A DNA stretch of 64,000 bases from Myxococcales bacterium (GTDB lineage: Bacteria > Myxococcota_A > Polyangia > Polyangiales > Polyangiaceae): the NCBI GenBank assembly GCA_043747615.1, contig JAYTOU010000060.1, positions 128,001 to 192,000 of the forward strand, written 5' to 3'. Positions 47,448 to 56,286 of the stretch are shown one piece after another; within the stretch, counting starts at the first letter, position 1; each line of letters begins with the position of its first letter. The translations under genes and the position numbers were made by a program. The notes beneath the pieces were generated by a model, which had not been told where the DNA came from, did not search any database, and saw only the letters and a program-made list of their open reading frames with translations.

Positions 47448-47717
47448 ATGTCGGATTCTCAGCCACACCGAACGACCAAGTGTTTTGATTGCGGGAATGA
47501 GTCGCCCCCCGGCGATGAGCAAACGCCGCTCATCAGCATCAAGTACGGGTGGCGCTTGGTGCGCGGAGTCGACGGGGCCGGCAAGCCGGTGGGCCAGTGG
47601 CGATGCCCCGAGTGCTGGCAATCATTCAAAGATTTTCACAACGCCATCTCACCGATGCAGGGCGTGCCAGTATTTCGACCTTCGGCACGGACGCCTCCGC
47701 CGAAGAAAAAAAGTTAG
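47448..47717 (+). CDS. Small CxxC...CxxC protein
   Basis: CFDC...LISIKYGWRL...WRCPECW; TAGCCT 6 nt upstream of ATG. Confidence 0.7.
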   Translation: MSDSQPHRTTKCFDCGNESPPGDEQTPLISIKYGWRLVRGVDGAGKPVGQWRCPECWQSFKDFHNAISPMQGVPVFRPSARTPPPKKKS

Positions 47718-48142
47718 CGGGTTCCCGCCGAGCGGTACGCTGCCACGAGGTGCATGAGAGCGGCGGTGACCGAGGAGGCAAGCTCGGTGATCGGTTCCTC
47801 GTTGGGCGCACGCAACACCAGGAAGTCCCGAGCGATCACGTCGTAGCGCGCGAGGTGACGAAGCAGCACCAGCGACCCATGGTCCCCGAGATCCAGCGAT
47901 GGCCCAGTCAAGCGGATCTCCTCGGCGATGGCTCTTCCAAACTTGCGCATCACGGCGACGAGCGCCTCGATCGGAATCAGCGCACCCTCTTCATTTCCGA
48001 TCTGCACACGGAGCGCGTCGTTTTCGCGCGACAAGAAAAGGTCTTCGAGCGTGCCGTCGTCGCGCGTTCGCTGGTGGATGAGGAGCTTCACGTTGGCGAG
48101 CCTAGGTCTGCCATCTCCGCTGGTCGATTGCGAAGGCGTCAT
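47714..48142 (-). CDS. Hypothetical protein
   Basis: Fills the gap, convergent 4-nt overlap; LRHLARYDVIARDFLVL. Confidence 0.6.
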   Translation of the reverse strand: MTPSQSTSGDGRPRLANVKLLIHQRTRDDGTLEDLFLSRENDALRVQIGNEEGALIPIEALVAVMRKFGRAIAEEIRLTGPSLDLGDHGSLVLLRHLARYDVIARDFLVLRAPNEEPITELASSVTAALMHLVAAYRSAGTR

Positions 48143-48221
48143 CGGCCGCTGGCGGACCAGGAAACGACGGCGATGGCAAGACGGCCTTGCCTGCATACTA
48201 AAGCTGGTATTGTTGGGGGCG

Positions 48222-49292
48222 ATGCTCCGGAACTTCATTGCAGCGCACCAGGTAAAAATTCTTGCGCGAGCACGACTGCGTGTCGCGGCACGAAATACCC
48301 CGCTCGCAACGGACGCGGGGCTGACGCACGGGCTTCCCGCGTTTTTGGATCAACTTTGTGAGGCGTTGCGGAAAGCTTCCTCGCACGAAGCGGTCGACCA
48401 CGAGGCGCTTGAGCACACCGCAGGCGAGCACGGCGATGCGCTCTTCCGTCAGGGGCTCACCATCGGACAAGTCGTTCACGCGTACGGTGACCTCTGCCAA
48501 GTCATCACGCACCTCGCCGTCGAAGAGAACGCCCCCATCGGGTCAGAGGAATTCCGAACCCTGAACCTCTGCCTCGACGACGCCATCGCCGGCGCGGTGA
48601 CCGCGTACGCGGGCCAGCGTGAGAGCGTGATCTCTCACCAAGGCACTGAGCGGCTCGGCGAGCTCACTCACGAAATGCGGAACGTGCTTCATACCGCGCT
48701 CCTTTCGTTCGCGAGCATCAAGAAGGGCTCCGTGGCTCCCGGCGGTAGCACCGGCGCGATCCTCGAGCTGAGCTTGCTGCGACTGAACACGCTCATCCAT
48801 CGTTCGCTGGCAGACGTCCGCCTCGACGTTGGAGTCGCGAACGTCGAGCGCGTTCCGGTATGGCAGATCTTCGAAGAGGCGGAGATCGGCGGCGCGATGG
48901 TGGCCCAATCGTTAGGGACTCATCTCGTGGTGGGGGCGGTCGATCCGGCCGTTGTCGTGATGGCAGATCGTCAGATCCTGGCTGCCGCGGTCACCAACTT
49001 GCTTCAGAACGCCTTCAAGTTCACGAGGCCTGGCACCAGGGTGTGTCTAACCGCGAGCAGCACGGCGACCCGCGTCCTCATCGAGGTCGAAGACGAGTGC
49101 GGCGGTTTACCGCAAGGAAAGGCGGCCGCGCTCCTGGAGCCGTTCGTCCAGCAAGGGCATGATCGGACGGGGCTCGGCCTCGGGCTATCGATTTGCTCGA
49201 AGGCGGCAAAGGCCATCGGCGGCGAGCTTCGAATTCGCGACCGTCCCGGCAAGGGGTGTGTGTTCACGCTCGATCTGCCGCGACAGTACTAA
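48222..49292 (+). CDS. Cytoplasmic sensor histidine kinase
   Basis: HisKA THEMRN, N box NLLQNAFKFT, EVEDECGGLP, TGLGLGLSI, GKGCVFTLDLP; N-terminal VVHAYGDLCQ domain. Confidence 0.9.
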   Translation: MLRNFIAAHQVKILARARLRVAARNTPLATDAGLTHGLPAFLDQLCEALRKASSHEAVDHEALEHTAGEHGDALFRQGLTIGQVVHAYGDLCQVITHLAVEENAPIGSEEFRTLNLCLDDAIAGAVTAYAGQRESVISHQGTERLGELTHEMRNVLHTALLSFASIKKGSVAPGGSTGAILELSLLRLNTLIHRSLADVRLDVGVANVERVPVWQIFEEAEIGGAMVAQSLGTHLVVGAVDPAVVVMADRQILAAAVTNLLQNAFKFTRPGTRVCLTASSTATRVLIEVEDECGGLPQGKAAALLEPFVQQGHDRTGLGLGLSICSKAAKAIGGELRIRDRPGKGCVFTLDLPRQY

Positions 49293-49394
49293 GTCCGACC
49301 ATCGGGAGGATCCTCCCGGGTCTGTCGGCGCGACGATCCCCGTCCCGCTGGTGCTGGCAACTCCTGCTCCGAAAGAGGCGAGGCCGTCGACTAG

Positions 49395-49466
49395 AGGTGC
49401 AGATGAGATTTGAACTCACGTATGTCGGTTTTGCAAACCGATGCCTAACCACTTGGCTACTGCACC
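49395..49466 (-). tRNA. tRNA-Cys (GCA)
   Basis: GGTGCAG/CTGCACC acceptor stem; D arm GCC...GGC; anticodon arm TCGGT-TTGCAAA-ACCGA; T arm GTGAG-TTCAAAT-CTCAT; U73; CCA not encoded (CTA). Confidence 0.95.
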
Positions 49467-49540
49467 AACATCCCCGACAGCGGTTTCGCCTTTAGGGGAA
49501 CGAGTCGTTGTAGTCCAGTCCGCCTCGTTCTTCAAGATGC

Positions 49541-50040
49541 CTACATCTTGGTCGCGAAGAAGAACACCCCGAGGCACATCTCGTCGAGCGTCGTCTCTCC
49601 GAGCTTCACGTTGTCGTAGGTGCACGTGATGCTCACCTGATCGAATTGCTCGATGCTGGGGAGCGCCTCGATGGGAGTGTCGTAGCGGTAGATGCGTTGC
49701 CAGTTGAACTCCTATTTAGGGATATCGACTAAGCACTCTTCGCCCGGAACGTTGTCGGAGGAGAGTGGCTTTCCCCGCTAAAGTAGTGAGGACCGTGAAG
49801 GGCTGGGTGATCGTCTTTCGCCTTGGCGTTCGCCGGAATTGCGAACGTCTTTAGCGCGTTTGGACCCGGCGGATCGTAGACGAGGACCGTTTGCTTTCAT
49901 TGCAAGGCGTGTCGAAGTTGCCAATCAGCGCGGCGGTGAGATTGTGACGAGGATCGTGCTGCCACCCGAAACGCGGCTTGCACGTGAAGCGCCTGGACGA
50001 TCGGATCGACGTCCTTGTGGAAGGCGACGACGCGCAGAGG
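49541..50040 (-). pseudogene. Eroded copper type II (PHM/DBH-like) monooxygenase gene
   Basis: Fragments FHKDVDPIVQ, TAALIGNFD, FAIPANAK, then EECLVDIPK*EFNWQRIYRY...CTYDN...GETTLDEMCLG; TAG at 49712-49714 replaces the expected Trp. Confidence 0.7.
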
Positions 50041-50045
50041 CTTGG

Positions 50046-51326
50046 TCAACATGCGCCGCGCGGTTTCAAGATTTCGATCCCGTTCATGTACGGGACGAGA
50101 GCCTTCGGAAGAGTAACGGAGCCGTTTTCGTTCTGGTGGTTCTCGAGGAGCGGAATGAGGATTCGCGGGCTCGCCACCGCCGTGTTGTTGAGCGTGTACG
50201 GGTAGCTCAACGTCCCATCGGCAAGGCGCACCCGGATGTTCGAGCGGCGCGCTTGGAAGTCACCCATCGTCGAGCAGGAGTGGGTCTCCGCGTACGCGTC
50301 GCGCCCTGGCATCCAGGACTCGACCTCGTGCTTTCGGGTCTGCCCGAGGCCGATCTCACCGGTGCACGCAATCGCCACCCGGTAGGGAATTTCAAGCGCT
50401 TCGAGGACGCGCTCGGCGTTCGCCAGGAGCTCGTAGTGCTCTTTCTCGGCGATCTCCTCGTCGGGGAGACAGAAGACCACTTGCTCCACCTTGGTGAACT
50501 GGTGCACGCGGTAAAGACCGCGCGTGTCTTTGCCGTGGGCGCCCGCTTCGCGTCGAAAGCACGGAGAAATGCCGGCGTAACGGATCGGCAAGTCGGCGGC
50601 GTTGAGTGTCTCGTCGGTGTGCAGCGAGACGAGGGGTACTTCGCTCGTTCCGACCAGAAAGAGCTCGTCGTCCGGAACGCTGTAAGCCTCTTCGCGGCCG
50701 AGCGGAAAAAAGCCCGTTCCGATGAGCGCACGCTCTTTGACGATGACCGGGGGAACGACGATCGAGAGCCCACGCTTGTGAAGAATATCGACCGCCAGCC
50801 GCGTCACCGCGAGCTCAAGCAGCGCGCCCTCACGCACCAATGCATACGAGCGCCCTCCCGCGTAACGACGCGGCCCATCCCAGTTGACGAGGCCAAGCAT
50901 CGTCATCAGCTCGACGTGGTCGCGCGGCTTGAACGCGAACGTTTTCGGCGTGCCGATTTTTCGGATCTCGACGTTGTCCTCTTCGCCTTTTCCGATCGGC
51001 ACCTCGGGGCGAGGAATGCTCGGCACGCGCAGCATGAGATCGTCGAAGCGCTTGTTGGCCTCGTTGAGCTCGGGCTCCAGCTGCTCGATCTGTCCGCGAA
51101 TTTCCTTCGCTTCCTCGACGAGCTTCGGGCGATCGTCCTTCGACGCCTTGGGGATCAGCGCTGAGAGCTCGTTTTTTCTCGAGCGTTTCGCGTCGAGGAG
51201 GCCGATTGCATCGCGACGGGTTTTGTCCGCTGCCATGAGATCGTCCAGATCCAAGGAGAGGCGCTTGTTGGTGATGGCGGCGCGGACGATGTCCGGGTTT
51301 TTTCGAATAAAAGCGATGTCGAGCAT
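50046..51326 (-). CDS. serS: Serine--tRNA ligase
   Basis: MLDIAFIRKN, coiled-coil arm, GTSEVPL, CFRREAG, GLYRVHQFTKVEQ, DFQARR, TLNNTA. Confidence 0.96.
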   Translation of the reverse strand: MLDIAFIRKNPDIVRAAITNKRLSLDLDDLMAADKTRRDAIGLLDAKRSRKNELSALIPKASKDDRPKLVEEAKEIRGQIEQLEPELNEANKRFDDLMLRVPSIPRPEVPIGKGEEDNVEIRKIGTPKTFAFKPRDHVELMTMLGLVNWDGPRRYAGGRSYALVREGALLELAVTRLAVDILHKRGLSIVVPPVIVKERALIGTGFFPLGREEAYSVPDDELFLVGTSEVPLVSLHTDETLNAADLPIRYAGISPCFRREAGAHGKDTRGLYRVHQFTKVEQVVFCLPDEEIAEKEHYELLANAERVLEALEIPYRVAIACTGEIGLGQTRKHEVESWMPGRDAYAETHSCSTMGDFQARRSNIRVRLADGTLSYPYTLNNTAVASPRILIPLLENHQNENGSVTLPKALVPYMNGIEILKPRGAC

Positions 51327-51393
51327 TTTGGGTTCCCGCGCGACGTTACCTTAGGGGCGTGCGCTCCGGGCAGTTGTACGCTAACCCTTTTTG

Positions 51394-52593
51394 ATGCGGC
51401 TTCGCTGGTTAGGTTCGGTCGGACTCGTCTTTGCGGCATGTGCGGTGGCGTGCTCTCCCTCTGCGGGTGAACGCGAGTCGAGCAACACCCAGAAGATCAT
51501 CAAGGGGAAGACGTCGCCGGATACCCAGGATTTCGCGATCCTCCTCGTTCACACCGATCTGACGACCACCTTCGAGTCGTGCAGCGGGACCCTCCTCGCG
51601 CCGAACCTGGTGCTCACCGCGCGCCACTGCGTATCGAAGACCGTCGATCAACCATTCGGCTGCGACGAGATGGGTCACCTGGTCGGCGGCGGCACCGGCG
51701 GCACAGTGGGGGCCGACTTTGATCCGAAGACCATGTACGTTTTCGTCGGAAATCAGGCTCCGGATTTCAACAAGCCAACGCTGAAGGCCGACGCAAGGGG
51801 CCTCAAAATCTTCCACGACGACTCGAAGGTCCTCTGCAGCCACGATCTTGCGCTCGTCCTCCTCGACACGAAGATCCCGAACGCGCAGATCGCGCCCGTG
51901 CGGCTCGATTCACCGCCCGTTGAGGGCGAGCTCTTCACGGCCATCGGATGGGGAGTCACCACCACCACGGCCATGCCCGCCATGCGGCAGATGCGGTCGG
52001 GCGTCAAAGTGCTGAAAGTCGGCCCCAACATGGGCGACGCCGTCACTGCGCCGATCGGCCCCAGCGATTTCGAGGTGGGAGAAGCCATCTGCCAGGGAGA
52101 CAGCGGCGGCCCTGCGTATGCCGAGTCTTCGAGCTCGGTCATCGGCGTAGTCTCGCGCGGCGGAAATGGAACTTCGAGCACCACCGATCCCTCGGCGGGC
52201 TGCATCGCCGCGCAGAACGACTACACCCAGGTCGCGCCGTTCAAAGACATGATCGTCACCGCGTACAGCGAAGCCGGCCAGGATCCCTGGATCGAAGGGC
52301 AGCCCGATCCGCGACTCGCCAAGTTCAGCGAAGCGTGCACGGCCAACACGGATTGCCGCTCGAACATTTGCAACACCACCGTGTGCACGCAGGACTGCTC
52401 TATGGACAAGTGCCCGAGTGGGTATGACTGCTCCGCGCAGAAGGGCCAGAAGATCTGCATCGCCCACGTGGACCCGCCGCCTGCAAAGGGCTGCGCCGCA
52501 ACCCCCCGCCGCGATGATCCCCCCGCCCTCGCCTTCGCCGCGATCGGCGCCCTCGGCCTCGTCGCCGCCTCGGTCCGCCGCCGTCGAAAGTGA
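51394..52593 (+). CDS. S1 trypsin-like serine protease with Cys-rich region and MYXO-CTERM-like tail
   Basis: IIKG, CSGTLLAPNLVLTARHC, HDLAL, CQGDSGGP; tail KGCAAT...ALGLVAASVRRRRK. Confidence 0.9.
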   Translation: MRLRWLGSVGLVFAACAVACSPSAGERESSNTQKIIKGKTSPDTQDFAILLVHTDLTTTFESCSGTLLAPNLVLTARHCVSKTVDQPFGCDEMGHLVGGGTGGTVGADFDPKTMYVFVGNQAPDFNKPTLKADARGLKIFHDDSKVLCSHDLALVLLDTKIPNAQIAPVRLDSPPVEGELFTAIGWGVTTTTAMPAMRQMRSGVKVLKVGPNMGDAVTAPIGPSDFEVGEAICQGDSGGPAYAESSSSVIGVVSRGGNGTSSTTDPSAGCIAAQNDYTQVAPFKDMIVTAYSEAGQDPWIEGQPDPRLAKFSEACTANTDCRSNICNTTVCTQDCSMDKCPSGYDCSAQKGQKICIAHVDPPPAKGCAATPRRDDPPALAFAAIGALGLVAASVRRRRK

Positions 52594-52603
52594 ACCGAAA
52601 GCG

Positions 52604-53458
52604 TCAGAAGTTGGATTCGCCGATGCGCCGAATCTCTGCTTCGTCGCGCGCCAAAGCCGCTCTGCTGGTGTGCACCGAGTAGCTACCGAGGACGAGCGGG
52701 TGGGGATGCGGCGCCGCGGAGCCAAGTACGAACGCCGTGTCACCCTCGGCGATGAAGTCGATCGGATCGTTCGACGAGTCGAAGACCGCGAGCTCACCGC
52801 TTGAAACGGCTGCAGGCGCGCGAAGCGTGCCTCGATGAACGGCGACCCAGCAGACCGTGTGATCCGCCGGCGGTCGGTACGTCCAGCGCGCACCGGCCTT
52901 CAGCTCGACGACCAAGTAGCTCATCGACGTTGGCGCGGCGATCGGGCTCACGGCATTTCCGTAGCGGCCGAGGATGACGCACACTGGGCCATCGACGGGG
53001 ACGTCTCCGGGTTGCACGTAATGACTCGCCGACGGGCCGTTCTCGAGCGCAGGCGGCAACGCGATCCAGAGCTGGTAGCCCGTCGTGCGCCCGGTGGCGG
53101 CGGGACCGCCCGTATGCCAGACGCCATTGCCTGCGCGCATCCACTCGACGCCTCCACGAGAAAGGCTGCCCTTCGCCCCCGTGGTCTCTTCGTACGTGGC
53201 CCCGCCTTCCAAGATCACCGTCACCGTCGCGATGCCGGAGTGCGGATGCCAACCCATGCCGCCGCCCCATCCCCGCGGCTCCGAGGAGAAAAAATCCAGG
53301 AACACGAACGGCTTGATGAGCTCGCCGACGTCGCCCGGGCTGACCAGGCGGGTGATCGGGCCGTGCGTGTGACCGCGGGTGCTATGGGTGATCTTGCGGA
53401 CGTGGCGTGCCGCCGCGGACGTCGAAGCCGTTCCAGGTTCAATCGATGAGATGGTCAT
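52604..53458 (-). CDS. Pirin-family protein
   Basis: PFVFLD, WHPHSGIATVT, WMRAGNGVWH, QLWIALP. Confidence 0.9.
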   Translation of the reverse strand: MTISSIEPGTASTSAAARHVRKITHSTRGHTHGPITRLVSPGDVGELIKPFVFLDFFSSEPRGWGGGMGWHPHSGIATVTVILEGGATYEETTGAKGSLSRGGVEWMRAGNGVWHTGGPAATGRTTGYQLWIALPPALENGPSASHYVQPGDVPVDGPVCVILGRYGNAVSPIAAPTSMSYLVVELKAGARWTYRPPADHTVCWVAVHRGTLRAPAAVSSGELAVFDSSNDPIDFIAEGDTAFVLGSAAPHPHPLVLGSYSVHTSRAALARDEAEIRRIGESNF

Positions 53459-53467
53459 GATTGGCCT

Positions 53468-53869
53468 TCATTTTCCGAGGAATCGCTCAAGCTCTGCGCG
53501 GCGGCCCCAGGCGATGGTCGACGTCATCGCGAGAAGCACGATCGGCAGCGCCGGTGAGTTGTGGAGCACGAATATGTGCGTGGTGATCGCGCCGACCATG
53601 ACGCACGCGAGGAGCACAGCGCCGATCGCTCGGGTCTTCGGCACGAGCACGAGGATCGCGCCCGAAAATTCGAGAATCCCGGTCAGGTAGCGAAACCACT
53701 GCCCGAGGCCGATCACTTCGTACATGCCCACCATTTGCTCATTGCCCATCAGCTTGCCTGACGACGCTCCGAAGAAAGCGAGCGCCACGAGGACCTGCAG
53801 TACCCACAGAACGATGTTCAATGCCTTGCCCGGTGAAGCACCGGCGCGCTCGGCGGCCATTTCAGTCAT
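53468..53869 (-). CDS. DoxX-family membrane protein
   Basis: WVLQVLVALAF...K...WFRYLTGILE...MVGAITTH. Confidence 0.88.
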   Translation of the reverse strand: MTEMAAERAGASPGKALNIVLWVLQVLVALAFFGASSGKLMGNEQMVGMYEVIGLGQWFRYLTGILEFSGAILVLVPKTRAIGAVLLACVMVGAITTHIFVLHNSPALPIVLLAMTSTIAWGRRAELERFLGK

Positions 53870-54363
53870 GATTGTATTTCTCCTTCTTCAAATCGAAGAT
53901 CGGCGGAAGTGCCGAGCTTCTTGAGTAAACCTAGAAGCGTCGCGCGCTCCTTCTTCGAGAGCCCGCCGGCGGCGTAATCGAGCGCGGCCTTGTGGCGGGC
54001 AAATACGTTCGTGATGAGAGCCTCTCCCGAGGCCGTCAGTCGCACGATGCACGCCCTGCGATCGAGCGGATCGGCGCCTCGCGCCACGAGACCGCGCTTC
54101 TCCAATCGGTCCACCGCAGAGGTGATGGAGCCACTGGTGAGGCCGATCCTGCGGCCGATGTCGTTCACCGCGTGGGGGCCTTTGTGAAGGAGCATCTCGA
54201 GCGTTCCGAAATCGGAGAGCCCCATCTCGGCGGCGACGACGGTGCGCTCCGCGTGCCGAGCAACCGCGCGGTGAGCCTTCATGAGGACGAGCCACACGCG
54301 CGTCCCTGACGAGTCAGAAGCTCGGGGTGCCGCGCGCGCCGCCTTTTCTTTTTGCGTCCCCAT
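53866..54363 (-). CDS. MarR-family transcriptional regulator
   Basis: SDFGTLEML, TSGSITSAVDRLEKRGLV, DRRACIVRLT. Confidence 0.92.
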   Translation of the reverse strand: MGTQKEKAARAAPRASDSSGTRVWLVLMKAHRAVARHAERTVVAAEMGLSDFGTLEMLLHKGPHAVNDIGRRIGLTSGSITSAVDRLEKRGLVARGADPLDRRACIVRLTASGEALITNVFARHKAALDYAAGGLSKKERATLLGLLKKLGTSADLRFEEGEIQS

Positions 54364-54371
54364 CTGGGCGA

Positions 54372-54401
54372 TATCTTGAGGCCAAGATACTTGATGTCAA
54401 G
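54372..54401 (-). promoter_or_regulatory. marR promoter with tandem palindromic operators
   Basis: Minus strand TTGACA-16 bp-CAAGAT; TATCTTG-AGGC-CAAGATA and CTTGA-TG-TCAAG. Confidence 0.65.
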
Positions 54402-54495
54402 GGATCGACCGGTCGAATGGTTTCCGCCGCGATGCCGACTGAGGCTTCGTTTCTTTTGCCCCCACCGGCGGTGAGGGTACGCGCGCCGGAAGTAG

Positions 54496-55290
54496 CTACG
54501 GCGTTTCGGCGTTCACGATAGCGATGCCGTCGAGGTCGAAGCCGTTGGTGTTCACTTTGTTCGGCTGCGGCGGGCACGTCTCGTGGGACACGTCGCGGAT
54601 GCGAACGAAGCGCGCGTGGGTGATCCCGATGTCCTTCAAGTCAAAGGGATCTCCACCGGCGACCGCAGGATCGACGGGAGAAATGCCGTTGGCCGGGCTC
54701 GAGAAGACAGGGTGCCACCCCGCGCACATGCCATAAGGGTACTTCGTCGCGGTGCAGGGGAAGGTCTTCCACGTGGTCCCGTCGTCGCTCACGCTGACTT
54801 CGCCGGGCTCCGCGAACACGCTGGTGGGGTCTCCACCGCTCACGAGAAACGGATTTTCGAAGACCAGAAAATCTGCGCCTGGACCATCGATGATCGCGTT
54901 CGAGCCGAACGAAAGGACGATGCTTCCCCCGTTGCCGAGCGAGACCACGTCGAGGCTTCCGTTGTCGGTTCCGCCACCGATGGGCGGGCCTTCGACGACG
55001 CCGGGCATAGCGCTTATGCCAAAGCCCGCGCAGTCCCCGGGCACGAAGCTCCCTGCGACGACGCCCGTGGCGAATCGATCGGCGCGCACCGACCCGCCGT
55101 CGTAGGGATAGCCCGCATCGGGAATCGGCTTATTTTCAGGCGTTCCGGAGTCGACCAGACTCGCGGAGTCACCGAGATCGACCTTTCCAGCGTCATCCGC
55201 GTTGGCGTTTGGATCCGAACCGCACGCAAGCATTCCACCAAGCACGGCGAGGGCGCTCAGCGCGAAAAAAATCCGTGGGCGCGCGGTCAC
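54496..55290 (-). CDS. Cell-surface lipoprotein
   Basis: Lipobox MLAC; VVSLGNGGSIVLSF, IIDGPGADFLVFENPF, AEPGEVSVS, GGDPFDL, GFDLD. Confidence 0.75.
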   Translation of the reverse strand: MTARPRIFFALSALAVLGGMLACGSDPNANADDAGKVDLGDSASLVDSGTPENKPIPDAGYPYDGGSVRADRFATGVVAGSFVPGDCAGFGISAMPGVVEGPPIGGGTDNGSLDVVSLGNGGSIVLSFGSNAIIDGPGADFLVFENPFLVSGGDPTSVFAEPGEVSVSDDGTTWKTFPCTATKYPYGMCAGWHPVFSSPANGISPVDPAVAGGDPFDLKDIGITHARFVRIRDVSHETCPPQPNKVNTNGFDLDGIAIVNAETP

Positions 55291-56177
55291 GAGAGCGGTC
55301 CCCCCGGCATCTTGGTGGGGATCTCCGCGCGTACGCGGTCGTTGCGCGCGGCGCGCTCGAGCCCGTCTAGCCGCTTGTACGACTCCTGACGAAACGCTGC
55401 GAGCTCGCGGAGGAGCGTTTCGATCCCGACCTCGTTCTTCAGGTTCACGCGAAAGTCGGTCTCGGCCTGCGCGCGATCTTTGAGCGACTGGCGGTTCTGA
55501 CTCATCACGATCAGCGGCCCCTGAAGGGCGACGAGGACGGCGAGGAAGAGATTGTAAAATTGGTAGGGGTACTCGTCGAAGGGCTTCACGACGCCCGCGC
55601 TGTTGATGAAGGCCCAGGCCAGCGTGGCGCCGACGATCAGCAGAATGAAGGCCCAGCTGCCGTTGAGATCCGCGACCTTGTCGGCCAAGCGCTGACCCCA
55701 GGTGAGGTTCTCTTCAATCTCTTTGACGACGTCTTTTGCGGCGCGCTGCCCGAGCATCGCGTTGGTCTCGCGGAGGCGCTCGGCCATCTCGCTCAGGATC
55801 GCGAGGGCGGCCGTTTTGGAGCGAGCCAGATGCTCGGCGAGCTCATCACGCGTGAGCTCGAGGAGCGTGGTGTCGACCGTGGCCTCCACGCTGGCCGAGC
55901 GTGGTTTGGAATCGAAGAGCGCAAGCTCCCCGAAGTACTCGCCGGTGCGCACGTCTTTCAGGACCACGCGCTCATCGGTCGGCTCTTTTCCGGGGAGGAA
56001 GATCTGCACCGCCCCGGAGAGCACGATGTACATCGACGAGCCTTGGTCGCCTTTGCTGAAGACGACGCCCCCTTTGGGGAATGCTTTTTCGTCGAGGCGC
56101 GCGGCCAGGGCATCCCGATCTTCGTCGGTCAACCCCTCGAACATGGGGATCTCGCAGAGGAGGGCGGCGTGCTGCAT
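55287..56177 (-). CDS. cNMP-binding plus DUF1003 membrane protein
   Basis: GEYFGELALFDSKPRSASV; TWGQRLADKVA..GSWAF, FDEYPY, LQGPLIVMSQNRQ. Confidence 0.9.
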   Translation of the reverse strand: MQHAALLCEIPMFEGLTDEDRDALAARLDEKAFPKGGVVFSKGDQGSSMYIVLSGAVQIFLPGKEPTDERVVLKDVRTGEYFGELALFDSKPRSASVEATVDTTLLELTRDELAEHLARSKTAALAILSEMAERLRETNAMLGQRAAKDVVKEIEENLTWGQRLADKVADLNGSWAFILLIVGATLAWAFINSAGVVKPFDEYPYQFYNLFLAVLVALQGPLIVMSQNRQSLKDRAQAETDFRVNLKNEVGIETLLRELAAFRQESYKRLDGLERAARNDRVRAEIPTKMPGGPLS

Positions 56178-56286
56178 CCAGCGCCAAGGTTACGCGTGGA
56201 CCGGGCACTCGCTCAAGCGCCGCGCTTGGTCGCGTCGTTTTTTCCCGCCGGGCGCGCTTCTCCCGGGGTAGAGCGTTGGACCGAAC

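Noticed and set aside
45301..49466. Integrative element at tRNA-Cys
   Set aside because: No integrase, and no convincing duplicate of the tRNA 3' end was found by eye
14786..49714. Two in-frame TAG codons suggesting amber recoding
   Set aside because: Both lie in otherwise truncated or eroded genes, and intact genes such as rplS end in TAG
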